DNA of 64,000 bases from an uncultured Candidatus Saccharibacteria bacterium (GCA_964416765.1 CAYQEU010000001.1:130541-194540); one strand, 5' to 3'. Shown: positions 47,983 to 57,512, counted from the stretch's first letter. Made by a program: numbers and translations. Notes: a model not told the origin generated them from the letters alone.

Positions 47983-48052
47983 TTGATCACAATCATATGC
48001 TTTCTTACCTAGCGGATGCACGATGGTTGCGAAAGCATATGATTGCGATCAA
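47983..48052. repeat. 22-bp inverted repeat (1 mismatch) with 26-nt loop, immediately 3' of tRNA-Pro
   Basis: TTGATCACAATCATATGCTTTC ... GAAAGCATATGATTGCGATCAA. Confidence 0.8.
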
Positions 48053-48070
48053 CTAATAAGGTAAGCACTC

Positions 48071-48397
48071 ATGACACTAGACGAATACCAGGACCAAGCT
48101 AAAACTACCGCCATTCCTTTGGGCGACAAGGGGTTGTTTTACGCGAGCTTGGGGTTGTCTGCCGAAGCAGGTGAAGTGGCGAATAAGGTAAAAAAGATTT
48201 TGCGCGATGACGATGGCGTATTAAGCGAAGAAAAGCGCGAAGCTATTGCCTCGGAACTGGGCGATGTCTTGTGGTATGCCGCTGATTTAGCCACGGAACT
48301 CGGCGTTAAGCTTGAAGACGTGGCTGCCCAGAACCTATCCAAGTTAAAATCCCGCCAGGAAAGAGGCCAGCTCCAAGGGAGCGGGGACAATAGGTAG
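48071..48397 (+). CDS. MazG-like nucleotide pyrophosphohydrolase family protein
   Basis: 108 aa all-alpha; E..E...ELGDVLWY motif typical of MazG/NTP-PPase. Confidence 0.6.
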   Translation: MTLDEYQDQAKTTAIPLGDKGLFYASLGLSAEAGEVANKVKKILRDDDGVLSEEKREAIASELGDVLWYAADLATELGVKLEDVAAQNLSKLKSRQERGQLQGSGDNR

Positions 48398-48438
48398 TAT
48401 TGACATAAAGGCCAAATTGTGATATAATTATTGGTTAT

Positions 48439-49782
48439 ATGAAAAATTTGGGCCACAAAATTAAATCCGAATTAACAGAACGGCTTTCGAAGATTTCGAT
48501 TGCCGCGCTTCCTAAATTTGCCCAGGCACCGGCCGTGGAAGTGTTTGATACTGTAGTTCCGAATGTGCGCAATAATTTCCGGCCCCACGCCCTTCGCCAC
48601 CGCTCTTTGGCGTTAATCAGTTTCCTGTTGGTAACAGTTAAAGTGGTAACAATCGGGGTCATTACTTTTGGGCCGGTGCTACCGGCATTGTCATCCGCCA
48701 TTACCCCGGCTAACGTTATTGCCCTCACTAACCAGTCACGCAGCGGTAGTGGAATTGCTTCTGTTACTGAAAACTCGAAACTCGATGCCGCGGCGCAAAC
48801 CAAAGCCAATGACATGCTTAGCAAGCAATACTTCGCCCATGTCACCCCGGAAGGAAAACAACCGTGGGATTTCATTACCGCCCAAGGATATTCCTACCAG
48901 GGAGCGGGGGAAAACCTGGCGGTAGGTTTTTTCCAAGCCGAAGGGGTGGAAGACGCGTGGATGAACTCGCCGGAACACCGGTCCAACATTTTGAACTCTT
49001 CATTTAAGGAAATTGGGATTGGGATTGCGAGCGGGACTTTTCAGGGACAGCAGGCTACCATAGTGGTGCAGATGTTTGGCACTCCGTTGGCTGGTACTCC
49101 TCCTCCCAAACCAAAAACCACCCCGGCCGCCCCAAAACCAGCTCCAAAACCGGCGCCGGCCCCGAAGCCGGCACCTACCCCTAAGCCCGCACCGACACCG
49201 AAACCGGTTACTCCTGCCCCAAAACCGGTGACTCCTCAAGTGGTAAAAGCCGCGACCAGTCCTGAGCCGTTGGCCCCCGCGCCTTCGATTCCGGCCGAAG
49301 GAGTTTCGATTGATAAGGAAAAAGTTAACGTTACCGTGGAGACCAGCGAACCGGCCGACAAAGTCACCGCGTTTTTCGGCAACCTCTACGAGGAGTTGCA
49401 GCCCAACCCCAACAGCCATACTTCCTGGAGCGCGGAAATTCCGGTTAAAGATTTGACCGAAGGAAAATATCTCAATGTACAAACCGAAAAGCAGGGGACT
49501 ACCCCCCACACCGAGCGGCTGGCTGTGTTCACGTCAGGATTCAAAAATAACTACGATTTAACTGCCGCGCCCGAACCAAAGCTTATTTCAATCTTCGGTA
49601 TAGTTATAAACCCCCAATTGCTGCAAAACCAGTTCTATCTGCTGATGATAGCGTTGCTTCTGTCGCTCCTGGTTGTGGCGCTCTGCGTGCGGGTTCGTAT
49701 CCAGCATTTGGAGCTGATTTCCAACACGGCTTTTGTGGTCACTTTAGCCACTCTGCTCTGGTATTCCGGCCTGCAATTTTGA
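48439..49782 (+). CDS. CAP (SCP/PR-1-like) domain protein with Pro/Lys-rich linker and C-terminal TM anchor
   Basis: CAP motifs (HYTQ-like FAHVTPEG, GENLA, WMNSPEHR.NIL); PAPKP repeats; C-terminal hydrophobic helix. Confidence 0.7.
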   Translation: MKNLGHKIKSELTERLSKISIAALPKFAQAPAVEVFDTVVPNVRNNFRPHALRHRSLALISFLLVTVKVVTIGVITFGPVLPALSSAITPANVIALTNQSRSGSGIASVTENSKLDAAAQTKANDMLSKQYFAHVTPEGKQPWDFITAQGYSYQGAGENLAVGFFQAEGVEDAWMNSPEHRSNILNSSFKEIGIGIASGTFQGQQATIVVQMFGTPLAGTPPPKPKTTPAAPKPAPKPAPAPKPAPTPKPAPTPKPVTPAPKPVTPQVVKAATSPEPLAPAPSIPAEGVSIDKEKVNVTVETSEPADKVTAFFGNLYEELQPNPNSHTSWSAEIPVKDLTEGKYLNVQTEKQGTTPHTERLAVFTSGFKNNYDLTAAPEPKLISIFGIVINPQLLQNQFYLLMIALLLSLLVVALCVRVRIQHLELISNTAFVVTLATLLWYSGLQF

Positions 49783-49810
49783 GCTGGCTTTAACTTGAGG
49801 CAGTAATGAA

Positions 49811-49840
49811 AGCGCTCCTTATGGAGCGCTTATTTTTTTA
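49811..49840. terminator. intrinsic terminator (AGCGCTCC-ttat-GGAGCGCT + TATTTTTTT)
   Basis: 8-bp GC-rich stem with T-tract on + strand and A-run on the other side. Confidence 0.75.
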
Positions 49841-49936
49841 CGAACTCAAGAAATGTGAGAGCAAGGATTAAGGCCGCCATTTGGGCTATGATGACATAAC
49901 CGATGACGCGGTCTTTTAGGTGGGAGTTATTCATGG
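49838..49936 (-). CDS. possible 32-aa hydrophobic peptide (MNNSHLKDRVIGYVIIAQMAALILALTFLEFV)
   Basis: ATG..TAA ORF below track threshold; single TM-like helix; no SD; sits directly downstream (minus strand) of the structured region. Confidence 0.15.
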
Positions 49937-50105
49937 GGTAGGAAGGTCTGGGGGAAGCACAAAGCCCCCCGCCAGCGGCAACTTTCGTTGCCCACTATCC
50001 CTTTCGAGATAGGACCTTCCTAGGGCTCTGGACGGAGAGCTTAATACTAGGAAGGTTTTAACCATGCCCGGGTCGTTAAGACACGCGGGTTTAGGTCTTA
50101 AATTG
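49936..50105. ncRNA. candidate structured RNA element (cloverleaf-like 4-way junction plus downstream hairpins); identity unknown
   Basis: 10-bp closing stem TAGGAAGGTC/GACCTTCCTA enclosing three hairpins (GGGGG/CCCCC, GGCAAC/GTTGCC with UUUC loop, CTATC/GATAG); second copy of TAGGAAGGT downstream allows alternative pairing; inside a 475-bp convergent gap. Confidence 0.3.
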
Positions 50106-50206
50106 TAAAGATAGTATAGCTAATTTAAGCGCGCTTTGCTATATGGGTATGATAGTATTCGGAGCATCAAATAAAATTAAAAAATTTCTAAAATGAAGAT
50201 AAAACA

Positions 50207-50241
50207 GCGGCAGGAATCTTGAAGGAATCCTGCCGCAGCTG
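50207..50241 (-). terminator. intrinsic terminator of csp
   Basis: GCGGCAGG.../...CCTGCCGC hairpin followed on minus strand by T-rich tract. Confidence 0.6.
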
Positions 50242-50258
50242 CAAACAGTTGTAGATGG

Positions 50259-50504
50259 CTAATGGTGGATGAGCGTGACGTCAACGGCTTTGTAGCCGTT
50301 GCCTTGAGCGTTGGTTGCCAACCGACACTTTATCTGTGAGCCTCCGCTAACGGCTCGAGCTTCCTTGGGGTTACGGAAATCTCCGCGGAAAATGAATACG
50401 TCGCCCAATCCGGCGAACAGACCGAAGCCGTAGCCCTTCTGTTGTCCGAACCATTTAATCGTTCCGTTTGCTATTTTTCCCTCGCGTTCCAATTTTCTTG
50501 CCAT
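50259..50504 (-). CDS. cold-shock domain (CspA-like) protein
   Basis: 81 aa; GTIKWFGQQKGYGFG...DVFIF pattern of CSD RNP1/RNP2 motifs. Confidence 0.7.
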   Translation of the reverse strand: MARKLEREGKIANGTIKWFGQQKGYGFGLFAGLGDVFIFRGDFRNPKEARAVSGGSQIKCRLATNAQGNGYKAVDVTLIHH

Positions 50505-50593
50505 ACTGTGCGTTGTTCTCCTCTTTCGTGTATTTCTGTCATTCTATCGTGTCTTCCTAAATTTCAGGCTATAAGGATTGTACCTTTTGATCC

Positions 50594-50634
50594 ATAAAAA
50601 AACAACAGGCCTAGAATAATTAGAGCCTGTTGTT
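50594..50634 (-). terminator. intrinsic terminator downstream of rpmB
   Basis: AACAACAGGC/GCCTGTTGTT stem followed on minus strand by TTTTTTTAT. Confidence 0.7.
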
Positions 50635-50650
50635 ACTTACGTTTGTGCTG

Positions 50651-50845
50651 TTACTTGGCAGCGACCGCGGCGCGAGCGGCCTTGGTCTGGGTTCTGATGC
50701 AGCGAGTGCAAGCAAGCATTCTCTGGCCATCAACCACCGTGTACTGCAAGTTCGGCAGCAAGCGCTTTATGGAGGAGCGCATACTGTGTGAGCGTTTTAT
50801 GGTGCGGGAGTAAGTCTTACCGCAGATGTTGCACATGCGTGGCAT
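50651..50845 (-). CDS. rpmB: 50S ribosomal protein L28
   Basis: 64 aa; M.R.C..CGK......RSH......KR..PNL pattern. Confidence 0.8.
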   Translation of the reverse strand: MPRMCNICGKTYSRTIKRSHSMRSSIKRLLPNLQYTVVDGQRMLACTRCIRTQTKAARAAVAAK

Positions 50846-50922
50846 CTGTTGCCTTTCGGGGTTAAATTTAAAGTCTGTATGAGTTTACCACACTTTGCTA
50901 TAATAATCAAGCCCTAAACCAT

Positions 50923-51537
50923 ATGGATAACATATTTAGTTCACTCATAACACTCGCAATACTGGTATTTTCGGCCATTGTCCACGAAGTTTGCCACGGC
51001 GTCGTGGCTGGCTGGTTTGGTGATGATACCGCCGAAAGGGCGGGCCGCATTACCTTAAATCCCATTCCCCATATTGATTTGATGGGCTCTATTGTAGTGC
51101 CTTTGCTGTTGCTGACGGCCCATTCCCCGGTCATCTTTGGGGCGGCCAAGCCCGTACCAGTTGATTTCCGCAATATGCGTCGGGAACGTTTGGGTATGGC
51201 GGCAGTCAGTTTTGCCGGACCGTTCTCTAACTTGGTGTTAGCCGTAATATTCGGGCTGGTCCTGAAATATGCGGGGACACAATATTTGTCCCAGGATTTG
51301 CTGATTACCGCGGTCATCCTGAACCTGGCTTTGTTTACCCTAAACCTGATTCCAATCCCGCCGCTTGATGGCAGCAAGATAGTATTGTCGATTTTACCGA
51401 AGAGCTGGTGGTACGTGATAGGTCGTTATGAGCAGTTCGGGTTTGTCCTGGTTTTTATTTTTATCCTCATGGGCTGGCTCAATTTTATTTTCCTGCCCAT
51501 AGCGACCACTTTCTTCAATTTGTTAGGGCTGGCATAA
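50923..51537 (+). CDS. site-2 protease family (peptidase M50) membrane metalloprotease
   Basis: HEVCH zinc motif in TM helix and NLIPIPPLDGSK (LDG) motif. Confidence 0.75.
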   Translation: MDNIFSSLITLAILVFSAIVHEVCHGVVAGWFGDDTAERAGRITLNPIPHIDLMGSIVVPLLLLTAHSPVIFGAAKPVPVDFRNMRRERLGMAAVSFAGPFSNLVLAVIFGLVLKYAGTQYLSQDLLITAVILNLALFTLNLIPIPPLDGSKIVLSILPKSWWYVIGRYEQFGFVLVFIFILMGWLNFIFLPIATTFFNLLGLA

Positions 51538-51551
51538 TTCGGAAAATAAAT

Positions 51552-51590
51552 AAGGCGTTCCCGAGAAACTTGGGAGCGCCTTATTTTTGT
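51552..51590 (+). terminator. intrinsic terminator after M50 protease gene
   Basis: AAGGCGTTCCC/GGGAGCGCCTT stem + ATTTTTGT. Confidence 0.65.
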
Positions 51591-51625
51591 GGATTGGAAA
51601 TTAAATGAGGTGACGGGATGAGGTT

Positions 51626-52156
51626 CTACGACCTGGGGCGGTTGTAGAATTCCTGCACCTTGAGGTAGAGGTCCTGCGGGGAGATGAGAATCTTGAACGA
51701 CTTCATCGGGATTTCTTCAGGAAAGATATCCCGGGTGGTGGCGAAGTATTCAAGCCAAGCTCCTGCTTTCTCGCGGTTGTTGGTCGAAGCGACGTTAACC
51801 TTTGCCATCGCATGACCAGTAGGGACTTTGTGCTTGGCGAACTTCTTGATGAAATTCGGCACATACCGGCTGTGGCGGATAGCCTGCCGTATAGTGTTAA
51901 GCAGTCGGATGTCCCAAGCGTTGGCTGAACGCGGCGCGTGGAAGCCTTTTTCGATGTCCGCATAGCAGACCCCGAAGTCGAGTCCCTTAACCCGGAACTG
52001 GATATAACCACTGCTCAACTTAGAATCCAAGAACTCTTGGAATTCCTCCTGGTCGGCTCGCGGGGGATTCCCCGTAACCGTAACGTAAACTTTAGCCGGT
52101 GCCGGCTCGGTTTTTGCCGAAGCAAATGCTGATGACCTTTTCTCTGTCATTTCCAT
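51626..52156 (-). CDS. hypothetical protein (176 aa), no recognisable family
   Basis: Good SD GGAGAA 8 nt upstream of ATG; soluble basic protein. Confidence 0.5.
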   Translation of the reverse strand: MEMTEKRSSAFASAKTEPAPAKVYVTVTGNPPRADQEEFQEFLDSKLSSGYIQFRVKGLDFGVCYADIEKGFHAPRSANAWDIRLLNTIRQAIRHSRYVPNFIKKFAKHKVPTGHAMAKVNVASTNNREKAGAWLEYFATTRDIFPEEIPMKSFKILISPQDLYLKVQEFYNRPRS

Positions 52157-52335
52157 GCTATGTATTCTCCTATACGTTGTATGTTTGTTTTATGTTGCGT
52201 GTTGAGCGGCTCAGAAACCGCTAGTTTTGCAAAAGCCGTTGCTTTTACAAGATATAATTTTCCCGTGAATAGGAGGCAAAGTCAATACCTCTTAAAAACG
52301 GGGGGTCTTGACTAACCCAGCCTATTTGGGGGAGT

Positions 52336-52364
52336 TTGACTTTTTCCGTTTCCGGCGGTATAAT
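52336..52364 (+). promoter_or_regulatory. consensus sigma70 promoter TTGACT-N17-TATAAT for the rpsL-rpsG-fusA operon
   Basis: Perfect -10, near-perfect -35, 17-nt spacer; about 200-nt leader to rpsL. Confidence 0.65.
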
Positions 52365-52491
52365 CAGTACATAATTTAGTTAAGCCACCTGGAACTTTTA
52401 ACAGAACCGGGTAATTACCGCGACTTGTCGCCGCTATTTGGGAAGCTAACCTGTGAGGCTTTGCAGGAGTACCTCTGGCGCGAACGATAGA

Positions 52492-52517
52492 GACTGACTC
52501 TAGCGTCAGTTTTTTAT
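52492..52517 (+). promoter_or_regulatory. leader hairpin with U-tract in the rpsL 5'-UTR (possible attenuator)
   Basis: ACTGAC-tctagc-GTCAGT followed by TTTTTTAT, about 55 nt upstream of rpsL ATG. Confidence 0.3.
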
Positions 52518-52571
52518 ATGCCGCAAACAGCGCTAAAAGCGCAAAACTAATTAAGCTAGAAAAGGGAAAGA

Positions 52572-52991
52572 ATGCCAACAATCAACCAGCTGGTCAGAAA
52601 GGGCCGCGCTCCTTTGAAAGCCAAGAGCAAGTCTCCGGCTTTGCAGCGCCGCATCAACCTGATCAAGAACAAAGTGTTGACCATCTCCACCGGCGCGCCA
52701 TTTATGCGCGGCGTTTGCTTGAAGGTTTACACTACCACCCCGAAAAAGCCGAACTCGGCTTTGCGTAAAGTTGCCAAGGTGAAGCTCACCAACGGCATGG
52801 AGGTTTTAGCTTACATCCCCGGCGTCGGGCATAACCTGCAGGAACACAGCGTGGTTATGATCCGCGGCGGAAGAGTAAAAGATCTTCCTGGTGTCCGCTA
52901 CCACATTGTGCGCGGCCGCCTGGACACATTAGGCGTTGACGGTCGAAAGCGCTCTCGTTCAAAGTACGGTACTAAAAAGCCGTCTGCCTAA
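52572..52991 (+). CDS. rpsL: 30S ribosomal protein S12
   Basis: [21 protein letters not shown] signature. Confidence 0.95.
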   Translation: MPTINQLVRKGRAPLKAKSKSPALQRRINLIKNKVLTISTGAPFMRGVCLKVYTTTPKKPNSALRKVAKVKLTNGMEVLAYIPGVGHNLQEHSVVMIRGGRVKDLPGVRYHIVRGRLDTLGVDGRKRSRSKYGTKKPSA

Positions 52992-53019
52992 TATAATTTA
53001 CTGACAAGGAAACACTAAG

Positions 53020-53532
53020 ATGCCACGAAGAGCACGAAGTTTTGACCGACACGCTCCATTGCCAGATCCAAAGTTTGGCAACACCCGCTACGCCAAGTTT
53101 ATTAACTACTTGATGTTACGCGGCAAAAAGAGCGTCGCGCAGAGTATTCTTTACACTGCGTTAGACATTGTCGAAGACAAGAAAAAGGGGATAGAGGACG
53201 CTGAAGGCAAAACCTCCGCGGAGATTTTTGACGCTGCCCTCAAGAACGTTGCCCCGATTATGGAAATTAAGGGCCGCCGTATTGGCGGATCCAACTACCA
53301 GGTTCCAATGGAAGTCCAGGAACCGCGCCGTACTGCCCTCGGAATGAAATGGATGATTACCGCAGCCCGCGCCCGCAAGGGTATCCCAATGGCCCAGAAG
53401 TTGGCCAGCGAAATCCTGGACGCTTACCAGAAGCAGGGCGCTGCCATTAAGAAGCGCGAAGACACCCACCGCATGGCTGAAGCCAACAAGGCGTTCGCTC
53501 ACTTTGCCCGTTTCGGAAATAAGAGAAAATAA
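53020..53532 (+). CDS. rpsG: 30S ribosomal protein S7
   Basis: 170 aa; conserved S7 core. Confidence 0.9.
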   Translation: MPRRARSFDRHAPLPDPKFGNTRYAKFINYLMLRGKKSVAQSILYTALDIVEDKKKGIEDAEGKTSAEIFDAALKNVAPIMEIKGRRIGGSNYQVPMEVQEPRRTALGMKWMITAARARKGIPMAQKLASEILDAYQKQGAAIKKREDTHRMAEANKAFAHFARFGNKRK

Positions 53533-53539
53533 ATAAAAT

Positions 53540-55663
53540 ATGCCACGAGAATATCCAATAGAAGCAACCCGTAATATCGGGATTATCGCTCACATCGATG
53601 CTGGTAAAACCACCACCACCGAAGGTATCTTGTACAACACCGGTATGATCCACAAGATCGGCGCGGTTCACGAAGGTGAAACCGTGACTGACTGGATGGA
53701 ACAGGAACGCGAACGCGGTATCACCATTACCTCCGCTGCGGTTACCTGTTACTGGAAGCCTCAATACATCAAGATCGAAGGCGATAAAGAATATAAGATT
53801 AACATTATCGACACCCCAGGACACGTTGACTTCACCGTTGAAGTGGAACGTTCTCTTCGCGTGCTCGACGGCGCTGTCACCGTATTTGACGGAAAGATGG
53901 GTGTAGAACCCCAGTCCGAAACCGTGTGGCGCCAGGCTGACAAGTACGGCGTACCGCGTATGTGTTTCATTAACAAGATCAACCAAACCGGCGGCGACTT
54001 CTACAAGTCTTTGGATTCCATCCACACCCGTTTGACCAAGAATGCTTTTCCGGTACAACTTCCAATTGGTTTTGAAAAAGACGTTATTGGCGTGGTTGAC
54101 CTTGTCCAAATGAAGTCTTACACCTACAAAGACTACACCGACAAAGAGTTTACCGTTGGTGAAGTACCGGCTGACATGAAAGAAAAGGCTGAAAAGTACC
54201 GCCACGAATTGATTGAAAAGGTTGTCGAATTCGATGACCAACTCATGGAAAAATATTTGGGCGGCGAAAGCCTGACTGAAGAAGAACTATTGCTCGCGAT
54301 CCGCAAAGCTACCCGTTCCGGTGAATTCTACCCGGTATTCGGTGGTGACGGACGCGGTATCATTGTTCGTACTTTGCTCGACGGCGTTACTAACTTCTTG
54401 CCATCTCCTTTGGATAAAGGTCCCGTTAAGGGGACCAACCCGAAGACCGGCGAAGAGCTGGAGCGTAAGCCTTCCGACACTGAACCGTTTACTGCTTTAG
54501 CTTTCAAGATTGCGACTGACCCGTTTGTGGGCCGTCTTGCTTTCTTCCGTGTTTATTCCGGAACTTTGACTGCCGGTAGCTACGTGCTCAATGCCCGCAC
54601 CGGGAACAAAGAACGTGTTGGCCGTATCGTGCGTATGCGCGCTGACCAGCGTGATGAAGTTAAGGAAGTTTTTGCCGGTGACATCTGCGCGCTGGTAGGA
54701 CCAAAAGACACTATTACCGCCGATACCCTTTGCGCCGAAAACGCGCCGATCGAACTTGAAAAGATTAAGTTCGCTGATCCGGTTATTTCCATGGCTATCG
54801 AGCCAAAGACAAAGGCTGACCAGGAAAAGATGGGTATTGCCATGCAGAAGCTTGCTGAAGAAGACCCAACCTTCAAAGTTTCTTCCAATGAAGAAACCCA
54901 GCAGACTATTATTGCCGGTATGGGCGAACTCCACTTGGAAATTTTGGTTGACCGCATGAAGCGCGAATTCAAAGTTGAAGCCAATGTTGGTAAGCCCGAA
55001 GTTGCCTACAAGGAAACTTTCAAGAAAGAAGCCCAGGCTGAAACCAAGTATATCCGCCAAACTGGTGGTCGCGGTCAATACGGCCACGTCTACCTGCGCG
55101 TTACTCCGTTGGAACGCGGCGCTGGTTACGAATTCGTTGATGAAATCGTCGGCGGTGTTATTCCTAAGGAATACATCAAACCGGTTGATAAAGGTATTCA
55201 GGAATCTGCCGCTAACGGTGTTATTGCCGGTTATCCGGTAGTAGACTTCAAGGCTACTCTGTACGATGGTTCCTACCACGAAGTTGACTCTTCTGAAATG
55301 GCGTTCAAAATTGCCGGTTCCAAAGCATTCCAGGACGCTGTTAAGAAAGCTGACCCGATCCTTCTTGAACCGGTTATGAAAGTTGTTGTAACCACTCCCG
55401 AAGCCAACATGGGTGACGTGATCGGCGACTTGAACTCCAAGCGCGCCCGCATCAACGAAATGGAAGACATTACCGGCCGCAAGGTTGTAACTGCTGAAGT
55501 TCCGTTGTCTGAGATGTTCGGTTACGCCACCGCGCTTCGTTCCATGACCCAAGGACAAGCTTCCTCTATAATGGAATTCTCCCACTACGCTGAAGTACCG
55601 CGCAATGTTGCTGAAAAGGTAATTGAATCCCGCGCAGGTATTAATGTTCGTAAGGGACAATAA
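53540..55663 (+). CDS. fusA: elongation factor G
   Basis: 707 aa; [20 protein letters not shown], five-domain EF-G. Confidence 0.95.
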   Translation: MPREYPIEATRNIGIIAHIDAGKTTTTEGILYNTGMIHKIGAVHEGETVTDWMEQERERGITITSAAVTCYWKPQYIKIEGDKEYKINIIDTPGHVDFTVEVERSLRVLDGAVTVFDGKMGVEPQSETVWRQADKYGVPRMCFINKINQTGGDFYKSLDSIHTRLTKNAFPVQLPIGFEKDVIGVVDLVQMKSYTYKDYTDKEFTVGEVPADMKEKAEKYRHELIEKVVEFDDQLMEKYLGGESLTEEELLLAIRKATRSGEFYPVFGGDGRGIIVRTLLDGVTNFLPSPLDKGPVKGTNPKTGEELERKPSDTEPFTALAFKIATDPFVGRLAFFRVYSGTLTAGSYVLNARTGNKERVGRIVRMRADQRDEVKEVFAGDICALVGPKDTITADTLCAENAPIELEKIKFADPVISMAIEPKTKADQEKMGIAMQKLAEEDPTFKVSSNEETQQTIIAGMGELHLEILVDRMKREFKVEANVGKPEVAYKETFKKEAQAETKYIRQTGGRGQYGHVYLRVTPLERGAGYEFVDEIVGGVIPKEYIKPVDKGIQESAANGVIAGYPVVDFKATLYDGSYHEVDSSEMAFKIAGSKAFQDAVKKADPILLEPVMKVVVTTPEANMGDVIGDLNSKRARINEMEDITGRKVVTAEVPLSEMFGYATALRSMTQGQASSIMEFSHYAEVPRNVAEKVIESRAGINVRKGQ

Positions 55664-55682
55664 ATTCGTGTAGTATAGACCT

Positions 55683-56027
55683 ATGGCTAACCTCCAAGAC
55701 ATAATCAAACTTGTTGAAAACGACAACGGCAAAGTGTTTGTTGTCGGTGAAGACGGCGAAGTTAGGTTGGTTATGCTCAAGCCGGAAGAATACCAGCAGT
55801 TACTGCTGGGAAAGCTACAGCAGGGGATAAAAGACATAGAAGAAATCAATAAAGAGATTACCCGGGCGCAGCTTAACGAGAATATTGGGGTGGAACTAGC
55901 GGACTTGCCGCCAACCAAGCCTCAACGCGTGGATTTGCGTTCCGAGGTAATTGACCCAAACTTCAATTTCGACGCCGCTCCCGGAGAGGAGTATGAGTCG
56001 ATAAAGCCGGAGTTTGAGGATATATAA
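55683..56027 (+). CDS. Phd/YefM-antitoxin-like fold protein with long acidic C-terminal tail (orphan)
   Basis: N-terminal KVFVVGEDGEVRLVMLKPEEYQQL resembles Phd/YefM; no toxin partner; located between fusA and tuf. Confidence 0.4.
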   Translation: MANLQDIIKLVENDNGKVFVVGEDGEVRLVMLKPEEYQQLLLGKLQQGIKDIEEINKEITRAQLNENIGVELADLPPTKPQRVDLRSEVIDPNFNFDAAPGEEYESIKPEFEDI

Positions 56028-56057
56028 AATGACGGGACCCGCTTACACAGCGGGTCC

Positions 56058-56086
56058 TTGACTTATTAATCCAAACTCCTTACAAT
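56058..56086 (+). promoter_or_regulatory. sigma70 promoter TTGACT-N17-TACAAT for tuf
   Basis: Near-consensus hexamers; preceded by GGACCCGC/GCGGGTCC hairpin; about 185-nt leader. Confidence 0.55.
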
Positions 56087-56273
56087 ATCTCTGAATTGGC
56101 GTGTTTGTGCGCGCCTTTTTAAATCAATTAATGTTATTGCGGAAACGGGTTAAGGTGACCCTGGATTCCTTAGTGAAAAAAAGAGAGACCCTCTCTTTTC
56201 CCCCGAATCGATAGAGGGAGAAGCGAGGGTATCTCGGGCGCTAAACCGTAAGAGCTTTAACGAAAGGTAAAGA

Positions 56274-57461
56274 ATGGCAGAAAAATTTGACCGTTCCAAG
56301 CCGCACATCAACGTAGGTACTATTGGTCACGTTGACCATGGTAAGACTACTTTGACTGCCGCTATTACCACTGTGCTTGCCAAGTCTGGCCATGCCAAAG
56401 CCCGCGACTACGCTGGTATTGACAATGCCCCAGAAGAAAAGGCACGTGGTATCACCATTAACACCTCTCACGTAGAGTACGAGTCTGACAAGCGTCACTA
56501 CGCTCACGTAGACTGTCCTGGTCACGCCGACTACATCAAGAACATGATTACCGGTGCTGCTCAAATGGATGGTGCCATCTTGGTAGTTTCCGCTACCGAT
56601 GGTCCGATGCCTCAGACCCGCGAACACATCTTGCTCGCCAACCAGGTTGGTGTAAAGAACATTGTTGTTTACATGAACAAGTGTGACATGGTTTCCGACA
56701 CTGAATTGTTGGACCTTGTTGAAGAAGAAATTCGTGACCTGTTGACCAAGTACGACTTCCCAGGCAAAGACACCCCGATCATTCGTGGTTCCGCTTTGAA
56801 AGCTTTGGAAGGCGACACTTCTGACATGGGCGAACCGTCCATCCAGAAATTGGTTGACGCCATGGACACCTACTTCCCAGATCCAGTTCGCGCTACCGAC
56901 CAGCCTTTCTTGATGCCTATCGAAGACATCTTCTCCATTGAAGGCCGCGGTACCGTAGTAACCGGTCGTATCGAACGTGGTGAAATCAAGATCAACGAAG
57001 AAATTGAAATCGTTGGTATCCGCCCAACCCAGAAGACCGTTGTAACCGGTATCGAAATGTTCAACAAGCAGTTGGACTCCGGTATGGCTGGTGACAACGC
57101 CGGTCTTTTGCTCCGCGGTACCAAGAAGGATGAAGTAGAACGCGGTCAGGTTCTTTGTAAGCCGGGTTCCATTACTCCTCACACCGAATTCGACGCTGAA
57201 GTATACGTTTTGACCAAAGAAGAAGGTGGACGTCACACTCCATTCTTCAAGGGTTACAAGCCTCAGTTTTACATCCGTACAACTGACGTAACCGGTGAAG
57301 TTACTTTGCCGGAAGGCCAGGAAATGGTTATGCCTGGTGACACCGTAACTGTTGGTGTTAAACTGATCACCCCGGTAGCTTTGGAAGAAAAATCCAAGTT
57401 CGCTATCCGTGAAGGTGGCCGCACCGTTGGTGCTGGTGTAGTAACCAAGATCTCCAAGTAA
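56274..57461 (+). CDS. tuf: elongation factor Tu
   Basis: [22 protein letters not shown] motifs. Confidence 0.95.
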   Translation: MAEKFDRSKPHINVGTIGHVDHGKTTLTAAITTVLAKSGHAKARDYAGIDNAPEEKARGITINTSHVEYESDKRHYAHVDCPGHADYIKNMITGAAQMDGAILVVSATDGPMPQTREHILLANQVGVKNIVVYMNKCDMVSDTELLDLVEEEIRDLLTKYDFPGKDTPIIRGSALKALEGDTSDMGEPSIQKLVDAMDTYFPDPVRATDQPFLMPIEDIFSIEGRGTVVTGRIERGEIKINEEIEIVGIRPTQKTVVTGIEMFNKQLDSGMAGDNAGLLLRGTKKDEVERGQVLCKPGSITPHTEFDAEVYVLTKEEGGRHTPFFKGYKPQFYIRTTDVTGEVTLPEGQEMVMPGDTVTVGVKLITPVALEEKSKFAIREGGRTVGAGVVTKISK

Positions 57462-57476
57462 TCTACTTCTAGATTT

Positions 57477-57510
57477 AAAAAGAGCTCCCGAAAGGGAGCT
57501 CTTTTAGTTT
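57477..57510 (+). terminator. intrinsic terminator after tuf
   Basis: AGAGCTCCC-gaaa-GGGAGCTCT + TTTTAGTTT. Confidence 0.75.
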
Positions 57511-57512
57511 GG

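Noticed and set aside
47983-48052. 22-bp inverted repeat as a MITE or IS terminal inverted repeats
   Set aside because: The arms are only 26 nt apart and enclose no ORF, with no target-site duplication. It is more consistent with a single hairpin/operator or att remnant.
49936-50105. Structured region as RNase P RNA, tmRNA or SRP RNA
   Set aside because: Searched by eye for GGTAAGAGCGCACC / ACAGAACCCGGCTTA (RNase P), a tRNA-like TTCGA T-arm with CCA plus tag ORF (tmRNA), and GGAAGCAGCCA (SRP). None is present on either strand; only partial resemblance (GGAAGGTCTGGG, GGAAGCAC). Kept as an unclassified candidate.
53447-57236. Long minus-strand ORFs antisense to fusA and tuf (53447..54241, 54497..55918, 56241..57236) and to rplB (63178..63966)
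   Set aside because: They are mirror-frame artefacts of highly expressed genes with biased codon usage (GC3 patterns keep the antisense frame open). The sense-strand proteins are unmistakable.
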